A DNA stretch of 64,000 nt from Sphyrna mokarran (taxonomy: Eukaryota), in assembly GCA_024679065.1 (NCBI GenBank), contig JAGIQG010000048.1, positions 1-64,000 of the forward strand. Direction: 5' to 3'. Below, one piece after another: positions 51,002-64,000 of this stretch (its first letter is position 1; the number at the start of each line of letters is the position of its first letter). Position numbers and translations under genes: made by a program. The notes beneath the pieces were generated by a model. That model did not search any database. It saw only the letters and a program-made list of their open reading frames with translations, and had not been told where the DNA came from.

Positions 51002-52400
51002 CTGTGAATGAGAAATGAAAATGAACCCCAGTTCCCTCTTCAGAAGCAGGACAGTAATCTTCATCCTGAAGGAGAAGGTTGACCAGGCTGATACCAGAGA
51101 TGAAGGGGGGGTTAGCCTATGGGGAGAGATTGAATAGACTGGGTCTGTACTTGTTAGAGTTCAGAAGGTTGAGGGGGGGTGGATCTTATAGAGACGTAAG
51201 ATAATGAAGGGGATGGATAGGGCAGAGGGAGAGAGATTCTTCCTACTTAGAAAGGAAACCAGAACCAGAGGGGGCACAGCCTCAAAATAAGGAGGGGCCG
51301 CTGTTTAGAACAGAGTTGAGGAGGAACTTCTTCACTCAAAGGATGGTGAATCTTTGGAATTCTCATTGAAGTGGTGGAGACTCCCTCGCTGAATGTATTT
51401 AACTCACGGGTAGATGGGGTTCTGATAGACAAGGGAATTGAGGGTTCTGGGGAGAAAGTGGAACTGATCCACTTCAGTTCAGTCATGATCTTATTGAATG
51501 GTGGGGCAGGCCCGAAGGAGCAGGAGTCGGCCGTCCAGCCCTATTTCTTATGTTCTGACGAGGCGAGATTGCCTTCAATATATCGATCTCTAACTATCGC
51601 CTTTCAACTTCCATGGCGAATGGAAAACCAGCTTGCTCTATGAAATGATTCCCTGTATTAAATATTGTAGCAGCGGTACCATTTCCACGAATCAGCATTG
51701 CAGAATTCCCAAACAAATACACCATCCTGAACTCAGGGAAAAAACACCGACCGTTGGTTTATAAACAGGGTGGTAAAATATTGGATAAACTTTCCAATAT
51801 TTTACCCCTGTGCTCTGAGCTGTGAAACAGTCTGCCCCCTACTGTCTCTCCAAACCTTACCAGCTGTCTCAGGAGAAGCTGACATCAAGGCCACCTCGCT
51901 CACTATATTAGTTCAAACCGGAAGGGGGCTCTCTTTCAAGGGGAGGCAGTGATATATGGCGTTGTCAATGAACTTGTAACCTTGGGCAAGACTTTGGAGG
52001 CACAGATTCAAATCTCATCATTGCAAATGTGAAATTTCAATTTTATAAACATCTACAATTCAAAATGGAAATGGTTATCATGAAGCCATTGCTGTCAAAG
52101 CCCTCCAAGTTCACAAATGCTCTTTAGCAAAATAAGCCTGCTGTTTTTATCTGGCCTGGCATGCATGTGACTCCAGATTCACAGCAACCTGGTTGACATT
52201 TAAGTGCCCCCGGGTTTGGGGAGTAAATGCACATCTCATGAAGGAATAACAAGGAATTGTTTTCCTAATTAAACTCTGAAGGAGGCATTGTCCTAATGCA
52301 GCAAACGGCATGAAGTTGTTCTACGTGTTGTATCGACTTTAATAGATCCCTAATTCCAATTAACATCGGAATGATAAATTTTGTCTTCTGAGTCTCTTAC

Positions 52401-52715
52401 CCTGAGATGCGCTGATGTTCTGACTCTGGGTGACTCCGTCATGAGTGACCTGGCAGGTATAGACCGCTTTGCTGTACCATTCCCCAGCGAAGACTGTCAA
52501 CCGACTGCTGGCCGAGAAGTTCCCGTTCACTTCACAGGGAGCAACAGTGACAATCCCTGAATCCACGTGTTGTCCATTCTTCAGCCACTTCACCGTCATT
52601 GATCCTGGCTGGAAATCAAAGATTGAACAGACCATGGTTGCTGATTTGCTGCTTGAGATTTGTTCACTGGAACTCACGGTGAGGATAACGGTTGGAGGGA
52701 TATGAAGCGGAGGGC
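52401..52715 (-). CDS. IGHM: IgM Cmu2 exon, cluster B
   Basis: Mirror of Cmu2-A; acceptor cctgaAG. Confidence 0.93.
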
Positions 52716-52927
52716 CTTCAGGAAAAACAAAACATATTAGTCATTTCCTGCAGAAGATGTGGATCAATTCAACTTTTGTCTATATTACTAACGCATTTGC
52801 AGTCAATAGACACTAACCGGACCAATCCAGAGGGCCCGATTATGCACATCTATTTAAATGAGTTATAACCAAAGCCCGACATGTTAACCACAGTGTTTCT
52901 CTTTTACACAAGCTGCACAACACTTAC

Positions 52928-53224
52928 ATGGCATTGGAACGGTCTTGGAAAAGTCAAGATGTCGAACCTCACAGCCAATATTGGGGCATTCTCCCGATGA
53001 GTCGCTGATGGTGAACTGGCTGCTCAGGGTGTAGGTTCCCTTCGTGTTTCTCACTGATGGGAAAGTCTTAAACCCAGAGTTGATGGTCTGCCCATCTTTC
53101 TTCCAGGTCAGTTTGGAGACATCTGGATTGTAATCCATCGCCAAACAGCCGTAGGTGATGGAGCCGGAGCTCTGTTGCCCGCAGGAGGAGATCAGGCCGT
53201 AGACAGTGGGCGAAGATGGTGTCG
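52928..53224 (-). CDS. IGHM: IgM Cmu1 exon, cluster B
   Basis: cccag acceptor; 297 nt, one codon shorter than A (QQSSGSITY vs QQSSDSSITY). Confidence 0.93.
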
Positions 53225-56200
53225 CTGGGAAAAAAAATAGCCAATTGAACAAGTTAGACTCTTATTTGTGTTTATTCAGTCAACAAACTTGTTACAAGTA
53301 GGTTTCTATAGTAGATATAGCTCTTGGTGAGAAAGGGATATGGGAAATAGGCATGTTGATGAGCTCTGTGAATGGCAGCGTAAGCTCAAAGTGCCGAATG
53401 GCCTACTCCTGCTTCTATCTCGAACGTTGATTGGAATTAGAGGGCCGAAGGGCCTGTACTGCACTGTAATGATCTATGTTCCATTCTGAACTTATCCCAA
53501 CATTTCTCCATTGAAACTTCCATCCACCTTTGAGATTATGTTACTTCTTTCATTTGGGAATCGTCATCTCTGTAGGAACTCAAATCCCTGTCTCCGCCTC
53601 CATCAAATTCAGAAGGAAATAAACATTCTAATACTCTCTAAATGACGTCTCATTCATTGGATTAATAGAGAACAGGAAAGATTCTCTCTATTATTTGTAA
53701 CCATTTGTTTCTCAAACAACAGCACTTTGTGATGAAGAAGTTCTCTTCATTCAGATCATCCACTCACCTGATGAAGGAGCTCCAAAAGCTCGTGATTCCA
53801 AATAAACTTTAACCCGGTGTTGGGAGATTCCTTACTGTGGCCACACCAACCTATCACCGGCATCTCCACACTAGTTTTGGAAATTGCCTGTGTTCAAACT
53901 GATTGATGCCCCTCCCTCTCTCCAACTCACTGCCTCTCACTCCACAGAAAGATTAGTGACTTTGCTTCAAAAATACCTTCGGAATGAATACTTACTGAAT
54001 GATCAGGAAATTCTAAACATGATTACAGATTCAAATAAATGCAACATTGAAGGATCACACATTAATGTTGAGCCATTAATGAGTGGCCCATCTTTCAAGA
54101 GTTGGCCATTCAGGCCCTGAAGCCTCCTCCATCATTCACCCTCTTTCTCCTTTCCCCCCCCCAACTCTGACCTTCTCCCCCTGACTCTCCTGCCCTTTCC
54201 CTCAGCTCTCTGGCTTTTCTTCTGCCTCCCTGCCCCTTTATCGTGCCTCCATTTTTCCCCCTTGTTCTCTCCCCTTTCCCTGGTCTCTCTACTCTTTCCC
54301 CTTACTCTCTGCCCTTTCCTCTGGCTGTGTGGCCTTTCCCCCCGCTCTCTGTTCCCCTTCCCCTCAGCCCCTGTCCTTGCCTGGCTCTTTGCCATTATCC
54401 CCTGGCCCCCGAGCTCCCAGCGATTCCCTCCAGCTCTCTACTCTCCCAGGGCAGCTCTAACATTTGATCACCAAACTGCTACTTGAGCTCTTTCTTTGGC
54501 CTCGTTGTCGACCTCCCCACACAGATTCAGTGAGTCTGAGTGAGGGAATGTCAGTGCGTGGGAGTGAGTGATTGAATGCGAGAGAGTGGATGAGTGGTGG
54601 TGTGTGAATGACAGAAGGTGGGTAAGTGACGGTGAGTGAGGGAAGGTGTTTGAGTGAGGATGAATGATTGAGGATCTTGAGTTAGGGTGCATGATGTTAC
54701 ATAGAACATTACAGCACAAACAGGCCCTTCAGCCCAAAAGTTGTGCCAATCATATCTATATTTATCAGGTCATAGACCTATCTGTAACTCCCAATCCCAT
54801 TACATCCCATGTACTCATCCAGAAGTCTCTTAAAAGACCCCAGCGAGTGCGCCTCTACCACCACTGACGGCAGCGACCATTTCAGCCCTGGGAAATAGCC
54901 TCTGAGAATCCACTCTATCTATTCCTCTCAACATGTTATAAACCTCTATCAGGTTGCCTCTCAACCTTCGTCTCTCCAGGGAGAAGAGACCCAGCTCTCT
55001 CAACCTAAGGCATGTCCCCCAATCCAGGCAACATCCTTGTAAATCTAATATTGGATGGAATGTCCCATTGATGAAGCGATAGAAGATTGTTGGTCCCAGA
55101 ACAGTCCCTGGCCAAACTCCTGCAGTGATATCTCAGCTGAGATGTTTGACCTCCAACAACCATTACCATCTTGCTTTGTGCTAAGAATGACTCCAAACCG
55201 AAGAATTTCCTGCTGAAAATTATCTACTTGAATATTAATCAGACTCCTCGATCCCACTTCATTCAAATGTTACGGGAGGGGGTGGGGAGGCACAGCACTG
55301 CTGCTTCACAGTTCAAATCCTGACTTGGGTCACCGTCTGTGTGGAGTTTGCAAGTTCACCCTGTGTCTGTTTGGGTTTCCTCCGGGTGCTCCTGTTTCCT
55401 CCCACAGTGCGGGGTTTAATTGATTGACCGCGTTAAGTTGCCCCTTGGTGTCAGAGGGAATTGTAAATACTTTACGTTACGGGGATAGGGCTTCGGTGGG
55501 ATTGCTGTTGGTGCAGAGTCGATGGGCTGAATGATCCCCTTCTGCTCTAGGATCCTATGATTCTATTCTATGTTATCAAAAATTGTCACTGACGTATGTG
55601 AGATGGAAAGTGTGAGAGAGGGTGTGTGGGTGTAAGTGTGTGAGAGAGAGATAATGTGCCTGTTATAGTGCCTGTGTGTGATAGACCATGTTGGCACACG
55701 CAAGAGACAGTGGGCTGTGTGTGCAAGAGGGGAGAGTGTACATGAGAGCAAGTGTGTGTGAGATGATAATGTGTGTGAGAATTAATATGTGTTTGAACAG
55801 TTGTTTATGTCAGGGTGTCCCTTCTTGAAAGTGTGTGTGAGAGAGTGTGTGTGTAGAGGTGGAGAAAGTGTGCATGTGTGTGTGAGGAGGTGGGAAGAGT
55901 GTATGGGGTGGGGTTTGAGAGAGACAGTTCTTCAGTGTGTGATTGAGTGTGTGTTAATGTGAAATGAAATGTGTCTATAGGAGATAAAGTCTGTCTGTGA
56001 AACAGAGTGTGTGTGCGCTCGAGAGGAAGGGTATGTGTGTGTTGAAGAGACTGTTGTGTTCATGAGAGACAGGGAGTACCTATTGGGAAACAAAATAATA
56101 GTTTGATGAGTGTCTGAAAGTGTGCAAGGGATTGCACCCGAGTGAGAAAGATGTGTGCAATGTGGTTGATTGTGTGTGAGGCAGAGAGAGATGTTTATTA

Positions 56201-59200
56201 GGTGTGAGAGAGAGAGGTTGTGTGTGGTTTATATGTGTGTGTGTCAGGCATATGAGTGTTTTTGTAAATGTGTGTAGGAGACAGTGGTCTGTGTGTCCAA
56301 GAAGAGAGACAGGATATGTGACAATGTGATATGTGAGAAAGAGAGTGTGTGTTTAATGAGTTATTCTTTATGTGTGAGAGAGTGTGTCTCTGTTCTTCAG
56401 TGTGTGTGTGTGTAAAGGCAGGGAGAATGTGTGTGAGAGAGAAAGTGTGAAAATTAAACAGAGTGGATGTGTGAGTGAAGTAACTGTTGTGAGAACATGT
56501 GTCTGTGATAGGTGGAGTGTTTGTGTTTACATTTGTGTCCGTGTGTGAGACGGAGAGAGTGTGTGCATGTGTGTGAGAGGCTGTTTGTGGGAGACAGTGT
56601 TTGAGAGCAAGATTGTGCATGTGTGAGGTAATGTTTAAGGGAGTGAGCGTAAGAAAGACATCTATCTTGAGAGAGAGAGAGAATGTGTGTGTTTGTATGA
56701 GAGAGCGAGCATGTGAATGAGTGAGAGAGGAAGTGAGAATACGGAAGGGGGAATGTGAAAGAGATAGTGTGTGTGTGAGAGAGAGAGAGGGAGAATGCGT
56801 GCACGCATCTGCTTCTGTGAGAGACAGTGTCTGCGTTTAAGAGGGTGTGTTAGAGTGTGTTTGAGAGAGAGTGTTTGTAAGAGAGCCAGTGTGCGAGGGC
56901 AAGAATGTGTGAGAGAGTGTGTGCAAGAGAGATAAATTATATGCATGGGTGTTTGTGAGAAAGAGAGAGACATGTGTGTGCAAGAGGAATTGTGAAAGAG
57001 CGTGTGTGAAAAAAATGAGAGACAGCTTGAACATACATAAGAGAGTGTGGGACACAGAGAGAGAGCGAAAATGTGAGGGACTGTTTGTGAGAGAGTGTGT
57101 CTGTGTGTATGGCAGAACGCGTGTGGTTGTTTGTACGTTTTGTGTGTTGAGCATAAGACGGTGAATGAGCGAGCGAGTGTAAGTATGTATTCAGATTTGA
57201 GTGTGTGCAGAACGAGAGAGAGAGAGAATGTGTATAGTTGTGTGTGAGAGAGACAACAAGTGTGAGTATGTATGTGTGAGAGAATATGAGTGTGTGTATG
57301 TGGATATTTACGTGTGGGAGAGTGTGTAAATCTCTATCTGGCTGATAGAGTCTGGAAAAGCACCCTCACTCCACACACACTCACCCAGTAACTGGGGTTG
57401 TCAAGCGAGCACAGTATGGATTGCAGGGCAAGAGTTGGAAAAACATTTTTTACCAGTCAGTCACAATTGAATACATTCCTCTCTTCTCAAGGGGATAAAC
57501 TTGTAAAATCCTCAAGAAATTTGACACAATCCAGGGTAAAGCCACCCACAAGTTTACCCGCTCCCCACCCAGCCCTCATTCATCCTATTTGCTCTCTCCA
57601 TCACTAACAAGCAGGGTGTATTATACACAACATGCACGGCAGCAACTCACCAAGGCTCCATATAATACACTGTCTAAACCTGCTGCCTTTACATCCCAAT
57701 AGGACCAGGGCAGCAGCTACATATGAACACTACTACCTGCAAACTCCCCTCCAAAACACACCATCCTGAGTTGGAACAAGATCTCAGTTCCTTCACAATC
57801 GCTGGGGCAAAATCCTGGAACTTCCTGTCTAACAGCAGGGCGGATGCCTGCGACATATGGACTGCAGTTATTCAAGGATGCTCCACTTTGTGAAGGAAAA
57901 ATTAGGGAAGGTTAAAAATTCTGGCCAAGCAAATGGCTCGAAAATGCCTTTAGAAGGTTAAAAATAAGATACAAATGAATTTGACCCTTCAACTATCCCT
58001 AAACAGTTCAGGGACTGCTGTAGTACTGAGCACAACATAGGAAATCTCACTTTCAACTTAGTCATCGAACATTCCCAAGGCTGGTACATCACTGCTTAAA
58101 AATCATCCAATTCTCCCTCTACAATCTGAAGTTTCTGCTCCCTCTGACGATCACAATATGCTTCAGGGATCTAATTTCTGACTTGCCGAGTCTAGCAGGC
58201 ACATTTCTCACAAATACAAGTCTATTGAAGAAATAGAATTTCACTTCCTGAAATACAGCAGAAGGAACCAGAAGATTTTTTAACCAGTCAGACACATTCC
58301 TGGTCCCAACACAGTGACCCAAGCTCAGAGAAACAGAACAAACACCGACGGTTCAGAAAGATCTCTTCAATCTGTAAATTCCATTCGAACTGTTGGATTC
58401 GAATTGATCAATAGTCAACTTACAACAACTGAAAATCATTAACCTATTTTAAATTAAACTGATATTCATTTCAGAACTCCTCTCGACCTTTAATTATTTC
58501 TCTCTGCCTGTGTCACTTCTCAAAAACTTCATGTAAAAATGTAATTTTGCTGAAAATGAGCCAAAATAACAGATTCAACTCCGTTCAATGTCCCCCAACA
58601 CAGTAAGAATTAAACAAACTGGGAAACATTTACATTACATTAATAAATTAGATCCAATCAACAAATTAATCAAGGCAAAACACTTTATCAAGCCGAGCAC
58701 AGCCGAGTAAAGAAATGGTTTGTTTTTGAATTCATTTTGGTACAATTAAATATTCTCTAAAACTGATGATATTTTGCACGCTAGTGCAATATTCAAGGTC
58801 TTTTGTTTTGAATTAATCAGCATCAATATTACATTTTAAGTTATCATTAATTGTCAATTAGTTTTCCTGCCAGCTGTTTTGTACTCTGTAATAAAATGAG
58901 TTTTCAATCATTCAAAAACCTGCTTCTGCCCCCAACATTGTTAAATAATTAGGTTACATGAAATTATAGTTGAAAATTGAGATTTAAAATTACTGAACAG
59001 AAACATTCATTTACTTAAATCTAATCACATTGAAAATGGAATATTACACTTTTACTAGATATGTCTTAAAGGTGTTAAAAACACATACTTCTGAGTTTAT
59101 ATAGACTGTAACAGTCTGGCCGTTTGAAATCAATAATACTGCTTCCCAGATTTAATAATTTAGATCATCCATATAGTTCTGTTATGTTATATGGATGGTC

Positions 59201-61944
59201 TAAATTATTAAATCGAGGAACACATTAATTAAAGAGGATCTGAATTAAACATTGCAAACACAGAGAACAACTGATTCAAATCCTCTAATGCTAAAAACAC
59301 GATGCAGAATATAAGTCTGGACCTTTTTTCATTATAATATTTAATAAGAATTAAACATAAGCTTCAGTTAGTATGAATTCTTCCATTCTGTCATTTATTC
59401 TTGCTGTAATTCTATTCTGTGTTTAGCATTAATGGGAGACTTGTTAAGTGCAGAGCTAATATTATTTTTATGGTATTTATAATATCATACTATTTTTATA
59501 TAAAATCATCTTCTTGAATTTCAAGCATTTAATTGTCACTGTAGCCAGTTTCTGTTGACATTTTACTACAATTCAAACACAATCATGTAACAAATTTGCT
59601 TGTGTCAGCGAATTCCGTCTGTCAGAAAACTGTTCAGTCTGTCAATTTTTTATGAACTGTTTGATTCTATCTGATCAAAAGGTCAAATTGCAACAAAGAA
59701 AAAAATCATCAATAAACATTTTAAATTAACCCAATGTTCATTTTAAAATTCCCTTTGCCTTTTAACTCTCTCCCCGACTGTCTCAAATCCCAAAAACTGG
59801 GCAATTTTTTTCCTCTAAAATGAGCACTTCAAATATAAGAGATTCAGGGTAGTGTAATGTCCCTAACAGAGATACAGTGAATTGTAATTCATGTTTTAGT
59901 TTAATATGTAACATCAGTTAACATGAATAAAATGCCCTAACATATTTATTTTCCAATACTTTTCTGCTTTTTCCCTACAAGAATATTCAAACGCAATTTT
60001 ATTTTCATTTAGTCCGAAGTGCTCAGTGAGTTGATACAATGCAAAAACAATTTAGGGACGCCAAACCAATTCACAAATTGAGATGAGATAAGTAATTAAT
60101 TATCTCGGTATCTAATTAAAAAATACCGAGAACGAATCGTCTGGCTGCAATTGCATAGAAAACATTATAATCGGATAGAAAATTTTCCAAAAAGGAAATT
60201 ATTCTGCAAAACTCGTATTCCAGTGAATGCGAATTTAATCTGGGATATAACCATGAATGCAAAGTATCTTGTTCAACTGAGCGCTGCTGTGAAAACAGCG
60301 TGTTATCATTCAAATAGCTTCTGGAATTGTCCCAAAATATTTCCTGTCTGGAAAATGTTCTGATCATGTTAATTGCATGAACACAGCAAAGCTATTAAAG
60401 AGGATTCTTGCTAACTCAATGTAAAATAATCTGTGATGAATATGGAGTTATATTACCAATTAATGATTCTCTGATTTATATTAATTTTACTATTAAACTT
60501 GTTAATGAAAAGTTGGTATTTGCAGCAACGATTTAGTCTCCGAATGAGCGAATAAGTCATGATTTACTTGAATTTGTTAAAATTTATAAAAACGCTGTGA
60601 TATCTTCCAGGTTTTTTCTCCCGACAGGGATTTTCAAACTCAAAGATTGTTTGTGTTCAACCAGAAAACATCTAAGCTCTCAACGGCACCGTTAAAACAC
60701 TATTTAAACAACGCAGCAGCAATAGTGCCACAAAACTAAACCATTTCACACATTTTAAACATTCAACGTGACCCACCCACAGAATCTCCTCCACAGAAAC
60801 ACAACAAAACACAATGAATCCGTCTCATAGAAAAGCAGCTCAATTATCTATTCAACACAATCAAATGTAACATTGCAAAATAAAAATCTCAATATCGAAT
60901 CTAGCAAACCAGCTCTTAATTATTAAATCAAACAGAAATCTGGAATAATAGCAATAGCATTGCGAGAATATGCCCAACAAATTAGTATGGAAATTTTATC
61001 ACATTTTATTCCTATTGGGTCATATTTCAAACATATTTAAACATTTGGATGGTAGAAGTTCCAGCCATCAAATGCCACCGAGATTAAACATTGCAGATAC
61101 CCCAAACTGTGACAAACTATGTTCTGAACGAGTGGTGTAAGCCATTATAACTAAAGATTTTTAACACTAGGCATACAATAAAGCCTGCTTCATTTCTGTC
61201 TGCAGTTCTGCGTCAAGCAGTGGCAAACAGCAGTATGTTTGTACTCAATCACAAAACGTGTCACAATTCAGTCTCACTGAGTTCAAACGACGCAGAAACA
61301 CCAAATTAAGTCACAATTTTTACGTATTTAAAGTCACTCAGGCACAAACTCACCACTGAGAGACTGAACCCTGCTTCATGCAGAAGCAGCACAGTTCTGC
61401 AAACACTTCCAGCAGAAAGAAATGTAACATTTACAGAAATGTTTACTGTAAATTCCAGCCAATTCGCCCACCACCAAACTAATCAATGTTTCCAATAAGC
61501 AGAAATATTGGACAGCATTGAGAGAGGGGGGAACATTTTCACTGGATCAATTTAGAAATGAGATTTTGTTTTTAAGTTTAGGTTTAAATTTCAAACACTT
61601 GTACAACCCGTAGCCACCAGATGTCACCAAGATTAAACATTGCAGAAACGCTGAATTGTTTAACAGATATTCGGCTTGTAAAGTCACCCAGCCACACAGT
61701 AACCTCAACAGACAAACACAAAATCACAACAATTTGGGATTGAAGCCCTCAGCAGCACCCACTGTCAAGGAAGAGCGGAATTCTAAAACCCCTTTGCAGC
61801 CGAATCATAGAAAACATTGTAAAAATTCTCAACGGAGAATCCACCGAACGCATATTTATGTTACCAAATGGATTATTAGTACAGATAAAAATTATAAAAC
61901 AAAGACACATTTAAACCAGTTATTCAATAAGTGATGGTTCTTAC

Positions 61945-62031
61945 CTGAAGTCACCGTCACCATGGTCCCTTGTCCCCAGTAATCGAAGTAGTCACAGTGT
62001 CACATTCCCTGGGCTGTGTCATACAATAACC
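61945..62031 (-). CDS. IGHJ: JH segment (61992-61945; YFDYWGQGTMVTVTS) with 23-RSS, cluster B
   Basis: GGTTATTGT-23-CACTGTG; donor GTAAGA. Confidence 0.96.
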
Positions 62032-62356
62032 GTCTCTGCACTAAATAGACACGCAAGCACCATTATTTTAAATATCCACAAACCCAAGGAAAAACAAAGT
62101 CATTTAATGTTCAGTAAATTATAATTTTGGATTTCTGGATACCATTTGATATTTATAAATGACCCTAATGTTTTATATTTCACAGTAATTCATGAACGTG
62201 TTATCGAAAACACCAATTAATAATTGAGTAATTATCAAGATTTTCCATGTTTATTTTTCTCAGGTGGTCTGTGCTGGATATAAATAATACTGTCCTGTGA
62301 TTAAAGCTGGAATTTAAAAGTGACACTGATCCAGCTTCAATCAATCAGTGCTGAGG

Positions 62357-62425
62357 GGGTTTTGTATTGACAGTAACTGCTGTGCTATTCCAGCTATCAC
62401 AGTGAGACACAGCATGACAAATACT
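62357..62425 (-). other. IGHD: DH2 segment (62397-62385) with 12/12 RSSs, cluster B
   Basis: AGTATTTGT-12-CACTGTG [ATAGCTGGAATAG] CACAGCA-12-ACAAAACCC. Confidence 0.92.
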
Positions 62426-62717
62426 GAGACAGACTGTTCACTGTAAAATGCAGATAATTAATTTCACTGCAATTTCAAAAGCCTGTTTCCAGCTCGGTAA
62501 GAGTGAGATATTTCAATTTTTACTGGTCATGATATTGATAAAGGGGAATTAGAAACTTTTACAGTATCTGTGCACATTCAGCGTGCAAAACAACAACAAT
62601 AAGATTGAAGCATTTTACATCTTAAAACAAAAAACAATGCTGTTTCTACCCATTATTTTGTTGAACCCTCATTTAGTCTGGCATTCGGCAGTGGCATTGT
62701 AAGCAATGTCCTTCTGA

Positions 62718-62800
62718 GGTTTTTGTATGAGGATGTCGTTTTTCACAGCACAGTGACCCACTGCTGTAGTATCACAGTGACACACAGCCATACAAAAACT
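62718..62800 (-). other. IGHD: DH1 segment (62772-62756) with 12/22 RSSs, cluster B
   Basis: AGTTTTTGT-12-CACTGTG [ATACTACAGCAGTGGGT] CACTGTG-22-ACAAAAACC. Confidence 0.92.
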
Positions 62801-63126
62801 GCATTCAGTCCTACTGTTCAATATTCACTTCAAATGGACCATTAGTTTTGCTCTAATGCGAAATGTTTCTATAACACAATCTCTCAGAAATATTAAGAAG
62901 ACGAACATATTGGAGTGTCGTTCCTGCTGACACTCCAATGAATATAAAGTCGGTGAAAAGCTCACCAGTTATATCCGTGAGTTTGTGAAGTTTTACTGTG
63001 AAACGTTTTGTGTTACTTTATTTAAAGGCGATTATAGTTTGGTTCTGACCACAGTCGATCATATTGCATTTGAAGCAGACGATGACCTTCAGGTTACGGA
63101 GGAAGATGCTGAATTCCCTCTGCAGT

Positions 63127-63165
63127 TGTCCTTGTACAGTTCCAGCCCTGGTTCCTCTCGCTGTG
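63127..63165 (-). other. 23-RSS of VH-B
   Basis: CACAGCG-23-ACAAGGACA. Confidence 0.9.
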
Positions 63166-63470
63166 GTCTCTTGCACAGTAATAGATGGCGGTGTCTTCAA
63201 TACTTAGACGCGCCATCTCCAAAGAGAAGATGTTGTTTGAAGTGTCTTTGGACGCCGTAAATCGGCCCTGAATTACGGGGGCGTACGCGTTACTGGATGA
63301 ACTTTTGTAGCTAACCAGCCACTCCAGTCCCTGTCCGGGAACCTGCCGGATCCAGCCCATCCAATAGCTGCCAAGGTTAAAGCCGCTGGTTTTACAGGTC
63401 AGTTTCAGGGAGGCTCCGGGACGGCCGGTCTCTGCCTCTTTCTGGGTCAACACAACCTCCGACTGGACAC
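63166..63470 (-). CDS. IGHV: VH gene segment, cluster B (germline, unrearranged)
   Basis: [34 protein letters not shown]; open frame. Confidence 0.97.
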
Positions 63471-63595
63471 CTGTAAATAAAAAATCAAAAATTCTAAGGG
63501 TTAATCCTGGTGGAATGATTCTGGAGCATTCCAGAGATAGACTAACATTGAGACAGTAAAATGAGAGTCTTGGACAATGAAAATAAACTACTCAC

Positions 63596-63641
63596 CGGAT
63601 AAGAAAGTCAGCAACAAACTGAGACAAATCGCCGACCTCAT
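63596..63641 (-). CDS. IGHV: IgH leader exon, cluster B
   Basis: Identical to leader A. Confidence 0.93.
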
Positions 63642-63730
63642 CTTTCTGGTGATTTGGGGGAAATGGTTGTGTCAGGAACTCAGTGAACAAACCAGCTCCC
63701 GGGCTGTTGGATTGCGGTGCCGGTGAGCGG

Positions 63731-63740
63731 TATTTAAATA
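63731..63740 (-). promoter_or_regulatory. VH-B promoter TATA-like box
   Basis: TATTTAAATA, mirror of 11020-11029. Confidence 0.6.
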
Positions 63741-64000
63741 GCCGGTAGAAGGGGACGGCTTTCCGGGCACCGCCTGTTGATTCCCGGCTGGAGGCGGCGC
63801 CTGGATCCACCTTCCACACCCCCAGATAGAATGGACTCCCCAGATTGACAAGAATTCATACTCAAATGGACATTTGATCTGTGTCGGGCTATTTGTTTGG
63901 CTGAATCTGTTCATGGATTATTCCTGATGGTGATATTACAATTCATCATTTATTTATTAAAATGACCAATTCCGTTGTAAATACGGTGATTTTATTACCC

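Larger units (their letters stand above)
36180..64000 (-). repeat. Right arm of large inverted duplication (contains IgM cluster B; includes ~4.9 kb arm-specific segment 38708-43606)
   Basis: Reverse-complement match to 10760-34550; runs off the window end. Confidence 0.95.

Overview
Eukaryotic genomic DNA from a cartilaginous fish (shark-type gene organisation and repeats). The window holds two complete immunoglobulin mu heavy-chain mini-loci of the elasmobranch cluster type (L-VH-D1-D2-JH-Cmu1-4/secretory tail-TM1-TM2). Cluster A is on + (~11.1-30.5 kb) and cluster B on - (~63.6-44.9 kb). They are the two arms of a recent tail-to-tail inverted duplication: arms ~10.76-34.55 kb and ~36.18-64.0 kb, a unique ~1.6 kb spacer, and ~4.9 kb extra in the right arm. 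All V, D and J segments are unrearranged with 12/23-compatible RSSs, and all exons are open in both copies. The VH copies differ almost only in CDR1/CDR2. The rest is CR1-type LINE fragments, V-SINE/HE1-like SINEs, Penelope-like fragments (one TSD-flanked fold-back with hammerhead-ribozyme-like cores ~1 kb upstream of VH-A), (CA)n-rich tracts, a 56-bp minisatellite, two degenerate tRNA genes and two N gaps at mirror positions. Most ORF-track entries are spurious. All coordinates and counts were read by eye.
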